A stretch of DNA of 52,974 nt from Paracoccaceae bacterium (GCA_027082975.1 JALWTH010000252.1:1-52974), one strand, 5' to 3'; counted from the stretch's first letter, positions 28,947 to 39,141 are shown. Made by a program: numbers and translations. The notes: generated by a model from the letters alone, not told the origin.

Positions 28947-29946
28947 CCGCCCGCGCCGCGGCCCGCTCGGCCGCCTCAAAGCCCAGCTCCCCCGGATCGA
29001 ACCGATAATGCGCCCCGCAGAACTGGCAGTCGGCGGTCACAACCCCCTCTTCGGTCGTCATGTGCCCGATATCCCTGTCCGAATAGATCGACAGGCTCTG
29101 TACCACCTTTTCGCGACTGCACGAGCAGCCGAACTGGACCCGCTGCGCGTCAAACACCCGTGGCGCCTCTTCGTGAAACAGCCGGTAGAGCAGCGCCGTC
29201 GGGCTGATCGTGGGGCCGATCAGCTCGAATTCCTCCACACTGGCCAGCAGATGCCCGGTGCGGTTCCAGCTTTCCGCCGCTTCGGCGTCGAGCGCATCTT
29301 CGGCGGCGTAGAGCCCGCCGGGGCCGCTCGGCTCGATCCCCTTCGCCTGCGGCGAGGCCTTGGGGATATGCTGCAGCATGATCCCGCCGGCGCGCCAGGT
29401 CTCGCCCCTGCCGGGCATGGCCGAGCGCCCCAGCGACAGGGCGAACCGGGTCGGAAGCTGCTCGGACCGGGCAAAATAGGCGGCGGCGCAATCGGCCAGC
29501 GAGCGCCCGGCGATGGGCGTAAGGCCCGAATAGGGCGTCGTCCCTTCTCCCTGGTCGATCAGCACCGCGAAATAACCCTTGCCGATCTGGGAAAACGGCT
29601 CCGCTCCCGCCTCAAGGCGCGTTTCGTCAAAGCTCGCCCAGCCACGGATACGCGCCGGCGCGCCCTCCCGCTCCGGGGCGAAGTAATCCGTGGCGATCAG
29701 CCGCGCGGGTCCGTCGCCGCGAATCTGCAGCGACAGCTTCCAGCGCAGCTTGATCGTCTGGCCGATCAGCGCCGTCAGCAGCACGGCTTCGGCCACCAGC
29801 GCCTCGATCTCGGGCGGATAGCCGTGCTGGGCCAGGATCTCGCCCAGGCATGTATCCAGCCGCGCCACCCGCCCGCGCATATCGGCGCGATCCAGCTGGA
29901 AGGGCAGGATCGTATCGTCCCATTCTGCTGCACTGTTTTCGGTCAT
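28939..29946 (-). CDS. hslO: Hsp33 family redox-regulated chaperone
   Basis: The C-terminal CSCS...CQFC zinc centre (FGCSCSREKV...ADCQFCGAHY). ATG 29946 (MTENSAAEW) is preferred. Confidence 0.9.
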   Translation of the reverse strand: MTENSAAEWDDTILPFQLDRADMRGRVARLDTCLGEILAQHGYPPEIEALVAEAVLLTALIGQTIKLRWKLSLQIRGDGPARLIATDYFAPEREGAPARIRGWASFDETRLEAGAEPFSQIGKGYFAVLIDQGEGTTPYSGLTPIAGRSLADCAAAYFARSEQLPTRFALSLGRSAMPGRGETWRAGGIMLQHIPKASPQAKGIEPSGPGGLYAAEDALDAEAAESWNRTGHLLASVEEFELIGPTISPTALLYRLFHEEAPRVFDAQRVQFGCSCSREKVVQSLSIYSDRDIGHMTTEEGVVTADCQFCGAHYRFDPGELGFEAAERAAARADG

Positions 29947-30015
29947 CGGGGCTTCCTGTTTCTGTGGAGAATGCCATACATTGTCCGAAGGCCTGCAGCA
30001 ACAAGGGGAAAGGCA

Positions 30016-30462
30016 ATGCGCAGATTCGGCGAGCCAAGGCGCTCCGGGCAAAGATACACCCTGCGTCCCGGCGTCTACGCCATCCTGCCGCGCGACGGAA
30101 GCCTGCTGCTGACCCACCAGAGCGAGCCCATGCCCGAATTTCAGCTGCCCGGCGGCGGGATCGACCCCGGAGAGAGCCCCCTGCGCGCCCTGCACCGGGA
30201 GGTGTTCGAAGAGACCGGCTGGCACATCGCCAAACCCCGCCGGCTCGGGGCCTTTCGCCGCTTTACCTACATGCCGGAATACGACCTGTGGGCGGAAAAG
30301 CTCTGCACCATCTACCTCGCCCGCCCGGTTCGCCGCCTCGGCCCGCCGCGCGATGCCCTGCACCAGGCCATCTGGACCGATCCGGCTACCGCTGTCAGGA
30401 TACTGGCCAATGCCGGAGACCGCGCCTTTGTCGCCCGTCACGCATCCGGCGGCCCCTTGTAA
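30016..30462 (+). CDS. Nudix hydrolase
   Basis: LPGGGIDPGESPLRALHREVFEETG is the Nudix box. The start is ATG 30016. Its 3' end overlaps the convergent gene by 25 nt. Confidence 0.8.
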   Translation: MRRFGEPRRSGQRYTLRPGVYAILPRDGSLLLTHQSEPMPEFQLPGGGIDPGESPLRALHREVFEETGWHIAKPRRLGAFRRFTYMPEYDLWAEKLCTIYLARPVRRLGPPRDALHQAIWTDPATAVRILANAGDRAFVARHASGGPL

Positions 30463-31715
30463 CGCAGAAGCGCGCAGGACAGGTCGTCGTTGAAATCCTT
30501 GCCTCCCGAGTAAAGGTCCAGATCCCAGACCAGAGCGGTAAACAGATCCGCATCATCGAGGTCCGCATTATCTTCGATGATCCTGGCAAAGCCGGTTTCT
30601 TCGAGCTGCTCTCCCTCCGTGTTTTCGCATTCGGTAAACCCATCGGAGTAAAACAGCAGCCGCTCCCCCGGCCGCAACCGGATCCGCTGCTGGGTGAAGT
30701 CCGCATCCGGGATCAGGCCGACAGGCAGCCCGCCACCCTTGATGAAGCGCACCTTGCCAGCAGCGTCGATCAGGGCCGGATTCGGGTGACCGCATTGTGT
30801 GTAGTCAAGCTGTCCCGTCTTCAGGTCGAGGAACCCGAGCAGCAAGGTGAAATAGAGGTCCGTCTCCATATCCTCGATCATCAGGATATTCAGCAGATCG
30901 GCGACCTCGCTGGGGGGGCGGTGGACGAACTGGCCGTCCTGATCCGGTGTCAGGGCGACATTCTGCGCCGGGGCACCATCGGAAAGGTAGGAGGCCAGCC
31001 GCGCCGTCAGCAGCGCCGAAGCAACCCCGTGCCCGGAAACGTCAATGGAATATAATCCCAGCTTTCCTTCACCGGCGGCAAAGAAGCCCACCAGGTCACC
31101 GCCCACATGCCCGCAGGGCTTGAGCATCAGCGAGACTTCCGCCATGCCGAAATCGCGATGCGGCTCGCGCAGCAGCGATTGCTGCATCTTGCGCGCTTCG
31201 ATCAGATCGCGGTCAAGCGCCTCGTAGAGGGCGCTGATCTCGTCCATCTTGGCCTTTATCTGCCGATTGGTCTCGGTCAGCTGCCGCTCCATGCGCAGGA
31301 TGCGGTCGCCGGCATTGATTCGCGCCAGAAGCTCGTCTGGCTTCACCGGCTTGGCAAGGAAATCATCCGCCCCCTCATCCAGCCCGTGCGCCACCGCGCC
31401 TTTCTCGCTCTTTGACGTCAGCAGGATGAAGTAGCCGTAATGCTCCCGCCTGAGGCTGCGAAATGCCTTGCAGAATTCGAGCCCGTTCATCCCCGGCATC
31501 ATCCAGTCGCTCAGGACCAGATCGAACTCGTCCTTCTCGCAGGCCGCCAGCGCCTCCTGCCCGGAACTTGCCTCGGTGACATAATAGCCCTGCCGGGTCA
31601 GCGCCCGAATCAGCAGCAGGCGCTGTGCCCGGCTGTCATCTACCACCAGCACATTGCGAATCGCGGAGTCGGTCTTGCGCTCGGCAGTTTCCGTTTTTCT
31701 GGCCAGATTCGGCAA
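30438..31715 (-). CDS. response regulator (REC domain) fused to a PP2C/SpoIIE-type serine phosphatase
   Basis: VLVVDDSRAQ...DLVLSDWMMPGMNG...K is the receiver domain, followed by DVSGHGVASALL...LLFYSDGFTE (SpoIIE). The start is uncertain: TTG 31715 (AAAGG upstream) or GTG 31652. The ORF-track start at 32060 would overlap the Hpt gene. Confidence 0.8.
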   Translation of the reverse strand: MPNLARKTETAERKTDSAIRNVLVVDDSRAQRLLLIRALTRQGYYVTEASSGQEALAACEKDEFDLVLSDWMMPGMNGLEFCKAFRSLRREHYGYFILLTSKSEKGAVAHGLDEGADDFLAKPVKPDELLARINAGDRILRMERQLTETNRQIKAKMDEISALYEALDRDLIEARKMQQSLLREPHRDFGMAEVSLMLKPCGHVGGDLVGFFAAGEGKLGLYSIDVSGHGVASALLTARLASYLSDGAPAQNVALTPDQDGQFVHRPPSEVADLLNILMIEDMETDLYFTLLLGFLDLKTGQLDYTQCGHPNPALIDAAGKVRFIKGGGLPVGLIPDADFTQQRIRLRPGERLLFYSDGFTECENTEGEQLEETGFARIIEDNADLDDADLFTALVWDLDLYSGGKDFNDDLSCALLRYKGPPDA

Positions 31716-31860
31716 GGCACACCTTTGCAATATCGCGGCAATACAAGTCCGCACCTTGCTATATCCCTGCTGGCTTAACAGTCGCCTAAGCCTAAATTTT
31801 TCAATGTTTACCAGAACGAAAGACTCGTCTGCAAAGATGAGTCGAATCGTGGAGGGTTTG

Positions 31861-32217
31861 ATGATCAGCTGGGATCGCGTTGACGAACTGCGTGAGGAAA
31901 TCGGCGACTCGGACTTTGCCGAGGTGGCCGACATGTTTCTGGAAGAAGTGGACGAGGTGGTCGAACGGCTCAAGGGCAGCCCGGCACCGGAAACGCTGGA
32001 AGAGGAACTGCACTCCCTGAAGGGCAGTGCGCTCAATCTCGGATTCAAGGTGCTGAGCAAGCTGTGTCAGGAAGGCGAAAGCCAGGCCGCCGCGGGAAAT
32101 TACAGCGCAATTTCCCTACCGGAAATCTTTCGCGCATATGAAGAGTCCAAGCACGCCTTTCGCCAGAAAATACCCCCCTCGACCCCGACCCAGTCCGGGA
32201 GTCTCGAACTGCTCTAG
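31861..32217 (+). CDS. Hpt (histidine phosphotransfer) domain protein
   Basis: ELHSLKGSALNLGF is the HxxKG phospho-histidine motif. ATG 31861 sits 5 nt after GGAGG. Confidence 0.8.
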   Translation: MISWDRVDELREEIGDSDFAEVADMFLEEVDEVVERLKGSPAPETLEEELHSLKGSALNLGFKVLSKLCQEGESQAAAGNYSAISLPEIFRAYEESKHAFRQKIPPSTPTQSGSLELL

Positions 32218-32224
32218 GCTCAGC

Positions 32225-33472
32225 CTAGATGACGAATTCGGAAATCGTTTCGTCATTGGTGATGTCGGTATAGGCAAGGCCCACCGCATCGAGTCGGGCG
32301 AACATGGCGGCAAAATTCGCGGCCTCGCTGGTCTCGATACCGATCAGGACCGAGCCGAAATTGCGCGCCGATTTCTTCAGATACTCGAATCGGGTGATGT
32401 TGTCATCCGGTCCCAGCAGTTCGAGAAAATCCCGTAGCGCACCGGGGCGCTGAGGCAGGCGCAGGATGAGATATTTCTTCAGCCCGGCAAAGCGCTGGGC
32501 ACGCTCCTTCACCTCCGGCAGGCGCTCGAAGTCGAAATTGCCGCCGGAGGTGACGCATACCACGCTCTTGCCGCGCATTTCCTCGGCGAGGTCTGTCAGC
32601 GCATCGACCGAGAGCGCCCCCGCCGGCTCCAGCACCACGCCCTCGACATTCAGCATGTCGAGCATGGTGATGCAGATACGGTCTTCCGGGGCAAGGATCA
32701 CGTCGCGCACCGGCGTTTCGGCAAGGGCGTCAAAAGGCAGAGCGCCGATGCGGGCTACGGCAGCGCCATCGACAAACGAATCCACCCTGCTCAGCGAAAC
32801 CGGATGCCCCGCCACAAGCGCCGCCTTCAGGCTGGCTCCACCTTCGGGCTCGACATAGCGCAGGGCGGTCGCGGGTGCCTTTTCGGCCAGGCACCGGGTG
32901 ACCCCCGCCGCCAGCCCGCCCCCGCCCACGGGCAGCACCATCATGTCGGGCGCGCGCCCCATCTGCTCCAGCACCTCGACCGCAATCGAAGCCTGCCCCT
33001 CGATCACATCCGCATCGTCAAAGGGCGCCAGAAAGTGCCCGCCCGCCTCGGCGCAATATGCCTGCGCCGCCTCAAGCGTATCGTCAAAATAGTCCCCAAC
33101 CATGCGTATCTCGATCGCATCGCCACCAAAGACCCGGGTCTTGTCGATCTTCTGCTGCGGGGTGGTGACAGGCATGAAGATCACCCCCTTGACCCCGAAA
33201 TGCCGGCACACATAGGCCACGCCCTGTGCATGATTGCCCGCCGATGCACAGACGAACAGGGCCCGGCCCGGCTCGCGCGCCAGCACCTTGCGCATGGCAT
33301 TGAAAGCGCCGCGGATCTTGTAGCTGCGCACCGGCGAGAGGTCCTCGCGCTTGAGCCAGATATCGGCGCCGTATCGCACCGAGAGGTGGTCGTTGCGCTG
33401 CAGCGGCGTCACCGGAAATAGGCGGCGCATCTCCTGCTCGGCCGCATGGGCTCTGTCACAAAAGTCCGTCAT
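32225..33472 (-). CDS. ilvA: threonine ammonia-lyase (threonine dehydratase)
   Basis: [18 protein letters not shown] is the PLP-lysine motif, with [16 protein letters not shown] and a single C-terminal ACT-like regulatory domain. ATG 33472 is preferred. Confidence 0.9.
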   Translation of the reverse strand: MTDFCDRAHAAEQEMRRLFPVTPLQRNDHLSVRYGADIWLKREDLSPVRSYKIRGAFNAMRKVLAREPGRALFVCASAGNHAQGVAYVCRHFGVKGVIFMPVTTPQQKIDKTRVFGGDAIEIRMVGDYFDDTLEAAQAYCAEAGGHFLAPFDDADVIEGQASIAVEVLEQMGRAPDMMVLPVGGGGLAAGVTRCLAEKAPATALRYVEPEGGASLKAALVAGHPVSLSRVDSFVDGAAVARIGALPFDALAETPVRDVILAPEDRICITMLDMLNVEGVVLEPAGALSVDALTDLAEEMRGKSVVCVTSGGNFDFERLPEVKERAQRFAGLKKYLILRLPQRPGALRDFLELLGPDDNITRFEYLKKSARNFGSVLIGIETSEAANFAAMFARLDAVGLAYTDITNDETISEFVI

Positions 33473-33574
33473 GCCCTCCGCTTTGGCGCATTCGGCCCGC
33501 CAAGGCAAGGCGTCCCCTTGCCGCCCGGCGCCAAACCCAATAAACCCGCGCCGAAACACCAGAGGGAGTCGCCC

Positions 33575-34810
33575 ATGTCCGCGCCCAAGAAAGTCGTGCT
33601 TGCCTATTCCGGCGGGCTCGATACCTCGATCATCCTCAAATGGCTGCAGGCCGAATATGGCTGCGAGGTCATCACCTTCACCGCCGATCTCGGCCAGGGA
33701 GAAGAGCTCGAGCCCGCGCGCCAGAAGGCGGAGATGCTGGGGATCAGGCCCGAGAACATCCATATCGAGGATCTGCGCGAGGAGTTCGTGCGGGAGTATG
33801 TCTTTCCCATGTTTCGCGCCAATGCGCTCTATGAGGGGCAGTATCTGCTGGGCACGTCGATCGCGCGACCGCTGATCTCCAAGCGCCTGGTCGAGATCGC
33901 CGCCGAGCATGGGGCCGATGCCATCTCGCACGGCGCCACCGGCAAGGGCAATGACCAGGTGCGCTTCGAGCTTGCCGCCTATGCGCTGAACCCGGATATT
34001 CAGGTGATCGCCCCGTGGCGCGAATGGGACCTGACCTCGCGCACCCGCCTGCTGGAATTTGCCGAGAAGCATCAGATCCCGATCGCCAGGGACAAGCGCG
34101 GCGAAGCACCCTTTTCGGTGGATGCGAACCTGTTGCACACCTCTTCCGAGGGCAAGATCCTCGAAGACCCGGCCGAGGAAGCGCCGGCTTACGTCTATCA
34201 GCGCACCGTCGCGCCGGAAGAGGCGCCGGATGCGCCCGAATATGTGGAAATCGGCTTTGAAAGGGGCGATGCGGTCAGCATCGACGGCGAGGCGATGAGT
34301 CCCGCCAGCCTGCTCACCCGGCTCAACGAACTGGGCGGCAAGCACGGCATCGGCCGGCTCGATCTGGTCGAGGGGCGCTATGTGGGGATGAAGTCGCGCG
34401 GCATCTACGAAACCCCCGGCGGCACCATCCTGCTCGAGGCCCATCGCGGCATCGAGAGCATCACCATGGACCGCGGCGCCATGCACCTCAAGGACGAGCT
34501 GATGCCCCGCTATGCCGAGCTGATCTACAACGGCTACTGGTTCAGCCCCGAGCGCGAGATGCTGCAGGCGGCCATTGACAGATCGCAAGAGCATGTGACC
34601 GGCACGGTGCGGGTGAAGCTCTACAAGGGCGCGGCCCGGACCGTCGGCCGCTGGTCGGAACATTCGCTCTACAGCGAGGAACACGTGACCTTTGAAGAGG
34701 ACATGGGCGCCTACGACCAGACCGACGCCGCCGGCTTCATCCAGCTCAACGCCCTGCGGCTGAAGCTTCTGGCCATGCGCGACCGGCGGGTATCCGGCGG
34801 CAAGTCCTGA
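33575..34810 (+). CDS. argG: argininosuccinate synthase
   Basis: [13 protein letters not shown]...[13 protein letters not shown]... Confidence 0.96.
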   Translation: MSAPKKVVLAYSGGLDTSIILKWLQAEYGCEVITFTADLGQGEELEPARQKAEMLGIRPENIHIEDLREEFVREYVFPMFRANALYEGQYLLGTSIARPLISKRLVEIAAEHGADAISHGATGKGNDQVRFELAAYALNPDIQVIAPWREWDLTSRTRLLEFAEKHQIPIARDKRGEAPFSVDANLLHTSSEGKILEDPAEEAPAYVYQRTVAPEEAPDAPEYVEIGFERGDAVSIDGEAMSPASLLTRLNELGGKHGIGRLDLVEGRYVGMKSRGIYETPGGTILLEAHRGIESITMDRGAMHLKDELMPRYAELIYNGYWFSPEREMLQAAIDRSQEHVTGTVRVKLYKGAARTVGRWSEHSLYSEEHVTFEEDMGAYDQTDAAGFIQLNALRLKLLAMRDRRVSGGKS

Positions 34811-34816
34811 GTCAGG

Positions 34817-35680
34817 TCACGGCTGCCGGGACAGAAAGGCTTCTACCTCCTCGCGCGTGGGGATCGCCGCCGCGGTGCCGGGTCGGGTGACCTGGATCGC
34901 GGCGGCAGCGGCGGCGAGGCGCATGGCCTCGCGGCGCGCAAGCCCCTGGTCGAGCCCTGCGGCGAGCGTGCCGATGAAGCAGTCCCCCGCGCCGGTGGTG
35001 TCAACGGGCGTGACCGCAAAGGCCGGCATCTCGATATCGCCCCCGGCACTGATCCAGACCGAGCCACGCTCGCCGCGGGTGATGATCCTGTCAGGGAGCG
35101 AATCTGTCTCTAACGCAGCCGAAAACGCCGCATATTCGCCCTCATTCATCACCAGGAGGTCGGCATGGGGCAGCATGGCACGCACCGCTTGGCTGTCAAA
35201 GGGAGCGGCGGAATAGATCACGAAGAGGCCCGACGCGCGGGCCTTCGCGGCGGTCTCGGGCTGGAGGTTGGTTTCGTTTTGCAGCAGCAGGATATCGTCG
35301 GGCTTTGCGCCCGAAAGCGTCTCTGATACGGCGGTTAGAGACTGTTTTTCATTGGCGCCGGGATAGATCACGATGGCGTTTTCGCCCTCGGGATCGACAG
35401 TGATGATGGCGTGGGCCGTGGGGGTCTCGACCTGGATGATCCCGGCAATATCCACGCCATGGCCCGCCAGCGCCTCCAGCGCCCAGGCCCCATCCGGCCC
35501 GACCGCGCCGATATGTTTCACAACTGCGCCCGCGCGCGCGGCAGCGACCGACTGGTTCGCCCCCTTGCCGCCCAGGCCGGTGGTCAGATGCGTGGCGGCG
35601 AGGGTCTCGCCGGGCCGGGGCAGATGCGGCACCTGATAGATGTGGTCGGCATTGATCGAGCCGAGGTTGTAGATCGTCAT
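34817..35680 (-). CDS. rbsK: ribokinase (PfkB family)
   Basis: NLGSINADH...GGKGANQSVAAARAG...VDTTGAGDCFIG. ATG 35680 lies immediately after the maeB stop. Confidence 0.82.
   Translation of the reverse strand: MTIYNLGSINADHIYQVPHLPRPGETLAATHLTTGLGGKGANQSVAAARAGAVVKHIGAVGPDGAWALEALAGHGVDIAGIIQVETPTAHAIITVDPEGENAIVIYPGANEKQSLTAVSETLSGAKPDDILLLQNETNLQPETAAKARASGLFVIYSAAPFDSQAVRAMLPHADLLVMNEGEYAAFSAALETDSLPDRIITRGERGSVWISAGGDIEMPAFAVTPVDTTGAGDCFIGTLAAGLDQGLARREAMRLAAAAAAIQVTRPGTAAAIPTREEVEAFLSRQP
35319..35342. repeat. intragenic 24-bp palindrome GTCTCTGA-TACGGCGG-TTAGAGAC (in rbsK)
   Basis: 21/24 identical to the cca copy, and both copies share GAAAG 2 nt upstream. An extra half-site GTCTCTAA lies at 35106-35113. 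Confidence 0.6.
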
Positions 35681-35681
35681 C

Positions 35682-37937
35682 TCAGCCCACCTTGCAGGCC
35701 GCCAGCAACGCCATGTTGAGGATGTCATTGGCGGTGGAATTGGTCGAACAGAGCTGAATCGGCTTGTCGATCCCCGAGAGGATCGGCCCGATCAGGGTGG
35801 CGCCGGCAAGCTCCTGCATCATCTTGACCGTGATCGAGGCGGAGTGTCGCGCGGGCATCACCAGGATATTGGCCGGGCCGGTCAGGCGGCAGAAGGGGAA
35901 GGCGGCCATTGCCTCCATGTTCAGCGCCACATCGGCGGTCATCTCGCCGTCAAATTCGAAATCCACCCCGCGCGCTTCGAGGATCTCGGGCGCGGTGTGC
36001 ATCTTGTCGGCGCGCTCGGAGCGGGGATAGCCGAAGGTCGAGAAGCTGACGAAAGCCACCCTGGGCTCCAGCCCCAGCGCCCGGGCCACCCCGGCGGCGC
36101 GCTCGGCGATATTGGCGAGGTCTTCGGTCTCGGGCCATTCATGGACCAGCGTATCGGCCACCAGCACGATCCGCCCCTTGTGCAGGATCGCGGTCACGCC
36201 CACCGCGCCGGAGCCGGTATCCACGTCAAAGACGTGGTTGATCAGCTCCATCACATGGGCCGATTTGCGCGTGGCGCCGGAGACCATGCCATCGCCGTGG
36301 TCATGGGCCAGCATCAGGGAGGCGAACACATGGCGGTCGCGCGCGGCAAGGCGGTGCACGTCATGGCGGTCAAAGCCCTTGCGCTGCAGGCGTTCGTAGA
36401 GGAAGGCCTTGTATTGCCTCAGATGCGGCGTGTTGGCGGCATTGACCACCTCGAGCTCGTCCACGGCATCGGCGAGGCCGGCGGCTTCGAGCTTGGCTTT
36501 CACGTCGTTTTCGCGGCCGATCACCACCGCCTCGCCAAAGCCGCCGCGCTGATAGGCGACGGCGGCGCGCAGCACATGGGGATCGTCGCCCTCGGCAAAG
36601 ATCATCCGGGCCTGCGCCTGGCGGGCGCGGGCATTGATCCCGCGCAGGATGCTGGCGGTCGGGTCCATCCGCGCCTTGAGATTGGCTTCGTAACGCTCGA
36701 AGTCGATGATCGGGCGGCGGGCAACGCCGCTGTCGATTCCGGCCCGGGCCACGGCCGGCGGGATGGTGTAGATCAGGCGCGGGTCAAAAGGCGTGGGGAT
36801 GATGTAATCGCGGCCAAAGGTGAGCTTCTTGCCATAGGCAATGGCCACCTCGTCGGGCACATCCTCGCGCGCAAGTGCCGCCAGCGCATGGGCGCAGGCA
36901 AGCTTCATCTCGTCATTGATCGCGCGCGCATGTATGTCTAACGCACCGCGAAACAGGTAGGGAAAGCCCAGCACGTTATTGACCTGATTGGGATAATCCG
37001 AGCGCCCCGTGGCGATGATCGCATCATCGCGCACCGCATGGGCCTCTTCGGGGGTGATCTCCGGGTCCGGGTTGGCCATGGCGAAGATCACCGGATCGGG
37101 GGCCATGGAGGCGACCATCTCGGGCGTCACCGCCCCCTTGGCCGAAACGCCGAGGAAAACATCGGCCCCGCGCATGGCCTCTTCCAGCGTGCGCAGGTCG
37201 GTATTGGCGGCATGGGCCGATTTCCACTGGTTCATGCCCTCTTCGCGGCCCTGGTAGATCACGCCCCTGGTGTCGCAGACGATCACATTGTCATGCCTGG
37301 CACCCATCGCCTTGATCAGCTCGATACAGGCGATACCGGCGGCACCGGCGCCATTGAGCACGATCCGGCAATCCTCGATTCTTTTGCCGGAAAGATGCAG
37401 CGCATTGATCAACCCGGCGGCGCAGATCACGGCGGTGCCATGCTGGTCGTCGTGAAAGACGGGAATGTCCATCTGCTCTTTCAGGGCCTGCTCGATGATG
37501 AAGCATTCGGGTGCCTTGATGTCTTCGAGGTTGATCCCGCCAAAGGTGGGCCCCATGGCACGGATTGCGCAAATCAGCTCCTCGACATTCTCGGTATCCA
37601 GCTCGATGTCGATCGCATTCACATCGGCAAAGCGCTTGAACAGCACCGCCTTGCCCTCCATCACCGGCTTGGCGCCCAGCGCGCCGAGATTGCCCAGGCC
37701 CAGCACCGCGGTGCCGTTGGAGATCACCGCGACGAGATTGCCCTTGTTGGTGTAATCATAGGCGGTTTCCGGGTTTTCATGGATCGCCTCGCAGGGCACG
37801 GCCACGCCGGGGCTGTAGGCCAGCGACAGGTCGCGCTGGGTATTCATCGGCACGGTCGGGGTGATCTCGAACTTGCCCGGGCTCGGCTCGTGGTGAAAGG
37901 CCAGCGCCTCTTCCGGGGTGATCTTCATTTTCGTCAT
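35682..37937 (-). CDS. maeB: NADP-dependent malic enzyme (malic enzyme fused to a PTA-like domain)
   Basis: LSLAYSPGVA...VISNGTAVLGLGN...NGAGAAGIA, plus a phosphate-acetyltransferase-like C-terminal half. 751 aa. Confidence 0.95.
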   Translation of the reverse strand: MTKMKITPEEALAFHHEPSPGKFEITPTVPMNTQRDLSLAYSPGVAVPCEAIHENPETAYDYTNKGNLVAVISNGTAVLGLGNLGALGAKPVMEGKAVLFKRFADVNAIDIELDTENVEELICAIRAMGPTFGGINLEDIKAPECFIIEQALKEQMDIPVFHDDQHGTAVICAAGLINALHLSGKRIEDCRIVLNGAGAAGIACIELIKAMGARHDNVIVCDTRGVIYQGREEGMNQWKSAHAANTDLRTLEEAMRGADVFLGVSAKGAVTPEMVASMAPDPVIFAMANPDPEITPEEAHAVRDDAIIATGRSDYPNQVNNVLGFPYLFRGALDIHARAINDEMKLACAHALAALAREDVPDEVAIAYGKKLTFGRDYIIPTPFDPRLIYTIPPAVARAGIDSGVARRPIIDFERYEANLKARMDPTASILRGINARARQAQARMIFAEGDDPHVLRAAVAYQRGGFGEAVVIGRENDVKAKLEAAGLADAVDELEVVNAANTPHLRQYKAFLYERLQRKGFDRHDVHRLAARDRHVFASLMLAHDHGDGMVSGATRKSAHVMELINHVFDVDTGSGAVGVTAILHKGRIVLVADTLVHEWPETEDLANIAERAAGVARALGLEPRVAFVSFSTFGYPRSERADKMHTAPEILEARGVDFEFDGEMTADVALNMEAMAAFPFCRLTGPANILVMPARHSASITVKMMQELAGATLIGPILSGIDKPIQLCSTNSTANDILNMALLAACKVG

Positions 37938-38076
37938 CGGTATTTCCTGTTCAGGCTACCAAGAGGGCTAGCATTCGATGTGGGGCGGAGCAATCGCGTT
38001 GGCGGTGCCGGGCGCGCATTTTTTGCATGATTTTTCCGGGCGGGCGGCGTAGGTTGGCGGAAAACGGAGCAGAGGC

Positions 38077-39087
38077 ATGAGCGGCAGAGTGTTGTTGACC
38101 GGCGGGGCGGGCTATATCGGCTCGCATACCTGTGTGGAGCTGGTCGAAGCCGGGTTCGAGGTGGTGATTCTCGACAATTTCTCCAATGCGCGGCGCGATG
38201 TGATCGACCGGCTCGAAGTACTGACCGGCGCGCCGGTGATTTGCCACGAGGCGGATGTGCTGGACCGCGATGCGCTGGATCGGGTCTTTGCCGCGCATGA
38301 TTTCGATGCGGTGGTGCATTTCGCCGGGAAAAAGGCGGTGGGCGAGTCGGTCGCGCAGCCGCTCGACTATTTTCACACCAATTGCACCGGGTTTTCCAAC
38401 CTGCTTCAGGCCATGGACAGGGCCGGGGTGCGCCGGGTGGTGTTTTCCTCCACTGCGACCGTTTACGGCAAGCCGGAGGTGCTGCCCTACCCGGAGGACC
38501 ACCCGCTCAGGCCCGAAAGCCCCTATGCCGCCAACAAGCTCGTCTGCGAAAACCTGCTCCGGCAGGTAAAGGCCGCCGATGACCGCTGGTCCTACGGCAT
38601 CCTGCGCTATTTCAACCCGGCGGGCGCCCACCCTTCGGCGCTGATCGGAGAGGACCCGAACGACATCCCAAACAACCTCATGCCCTATATCGCCAAGGTG
38701 GCGACCGGGGAGCTTCCCTGTCTGCGGGTCTTCGGCGACGATTACGACACGCCGGACGGTACCGGGGTGCGCGACTACATCCATGTCGTGGACCTGGCGC
38801 GCGGCCATGTACAGAGCCTGAAACTGCTGATCGGGCAGGATCAGAGCCACATTGTCAATCTCTCCACCGGACAGGGCTTCTCGGTGCTCGACATGCTGCG
38901 CGCTTATGAGCGTGCCTGCGGCAAAGAGCTTCCCTACGAGGTGGTCGGGCGGCGCGCGGGCGACCTCGCGGCCTTCTGGGGCGACCCGAGCCGCGCGCGC
39001 GACCTGCTCGGCTTCGAGACCACGCGCGACCTGGATGACATGTGCGCCACCTCCTGGGCCTGGGTTTCGCGCCGCAAGAACAGCTGA
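38077..39087 (+). CDS. galE: UDP-glucose 4-epimerase
   Basis: VLLTGGAGYIGSHT..., SSTATVYG and YAANKLVCE (YxxxK). Confidence 0.93.
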   Translation: MSGRVLLTGGAGYIGSHTCVELVEAGFEVVILDNFSNARRDVIDRLEVLTGAPVICHEADVLDRDALDRVFAAHDFDAVVHFAGKKAVGESVAQPLDYFHTNCTGFSNLLQAMDRAGVRRVVFSSTATVYGKPEVLPYPEDHPLRPESPYAANKLVCENLLRQVKAADDRWSYGILRYFNPAGAHPSALIGEDPNDIPNNLMPYIAKVATGELPCLRVFGDDYDTPDGTGVRDYIHVVDLARGHVQSLKLLIGQDQSHIVNLSTGQGFSVLDMLRAYERACGKELPYEVVGRRAGDLAAFWGDPSRARDLLGFETTRDLDDMCATSWAWVSRRKNS

Positions 39088-39141
39088 GGGCTTCCCCCCG
39101 CCTGCAAGCGCGCGTATCTTGCGCGCAGATCGGGGGGAACC

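Noticed and set aside
28759-30015. Upstream 419 codons of the 567-aa plus-strand ORF ending at 30462
   Set aside because: It is antisense to the CoA pyrophosphatase and hslO genes. Only the last 148 aa (the Nudix box) look real.
31784-32060. Upstream extension of the response-regulator ORF to 32060
   Set aside because: It would overlap the divergent Hpt gene and its promoter. The translation is Ser-rich and low-complexity. The receiver domain starts about 20 aa after TTG 31715.
33473-34684. Upstream half of the 819-aa ORF containing ilvA
   Set aside because: It is antisense to argG, which has canonical motifs. The IlvA homology begins at MTDFCDRAH (ATG 33472).
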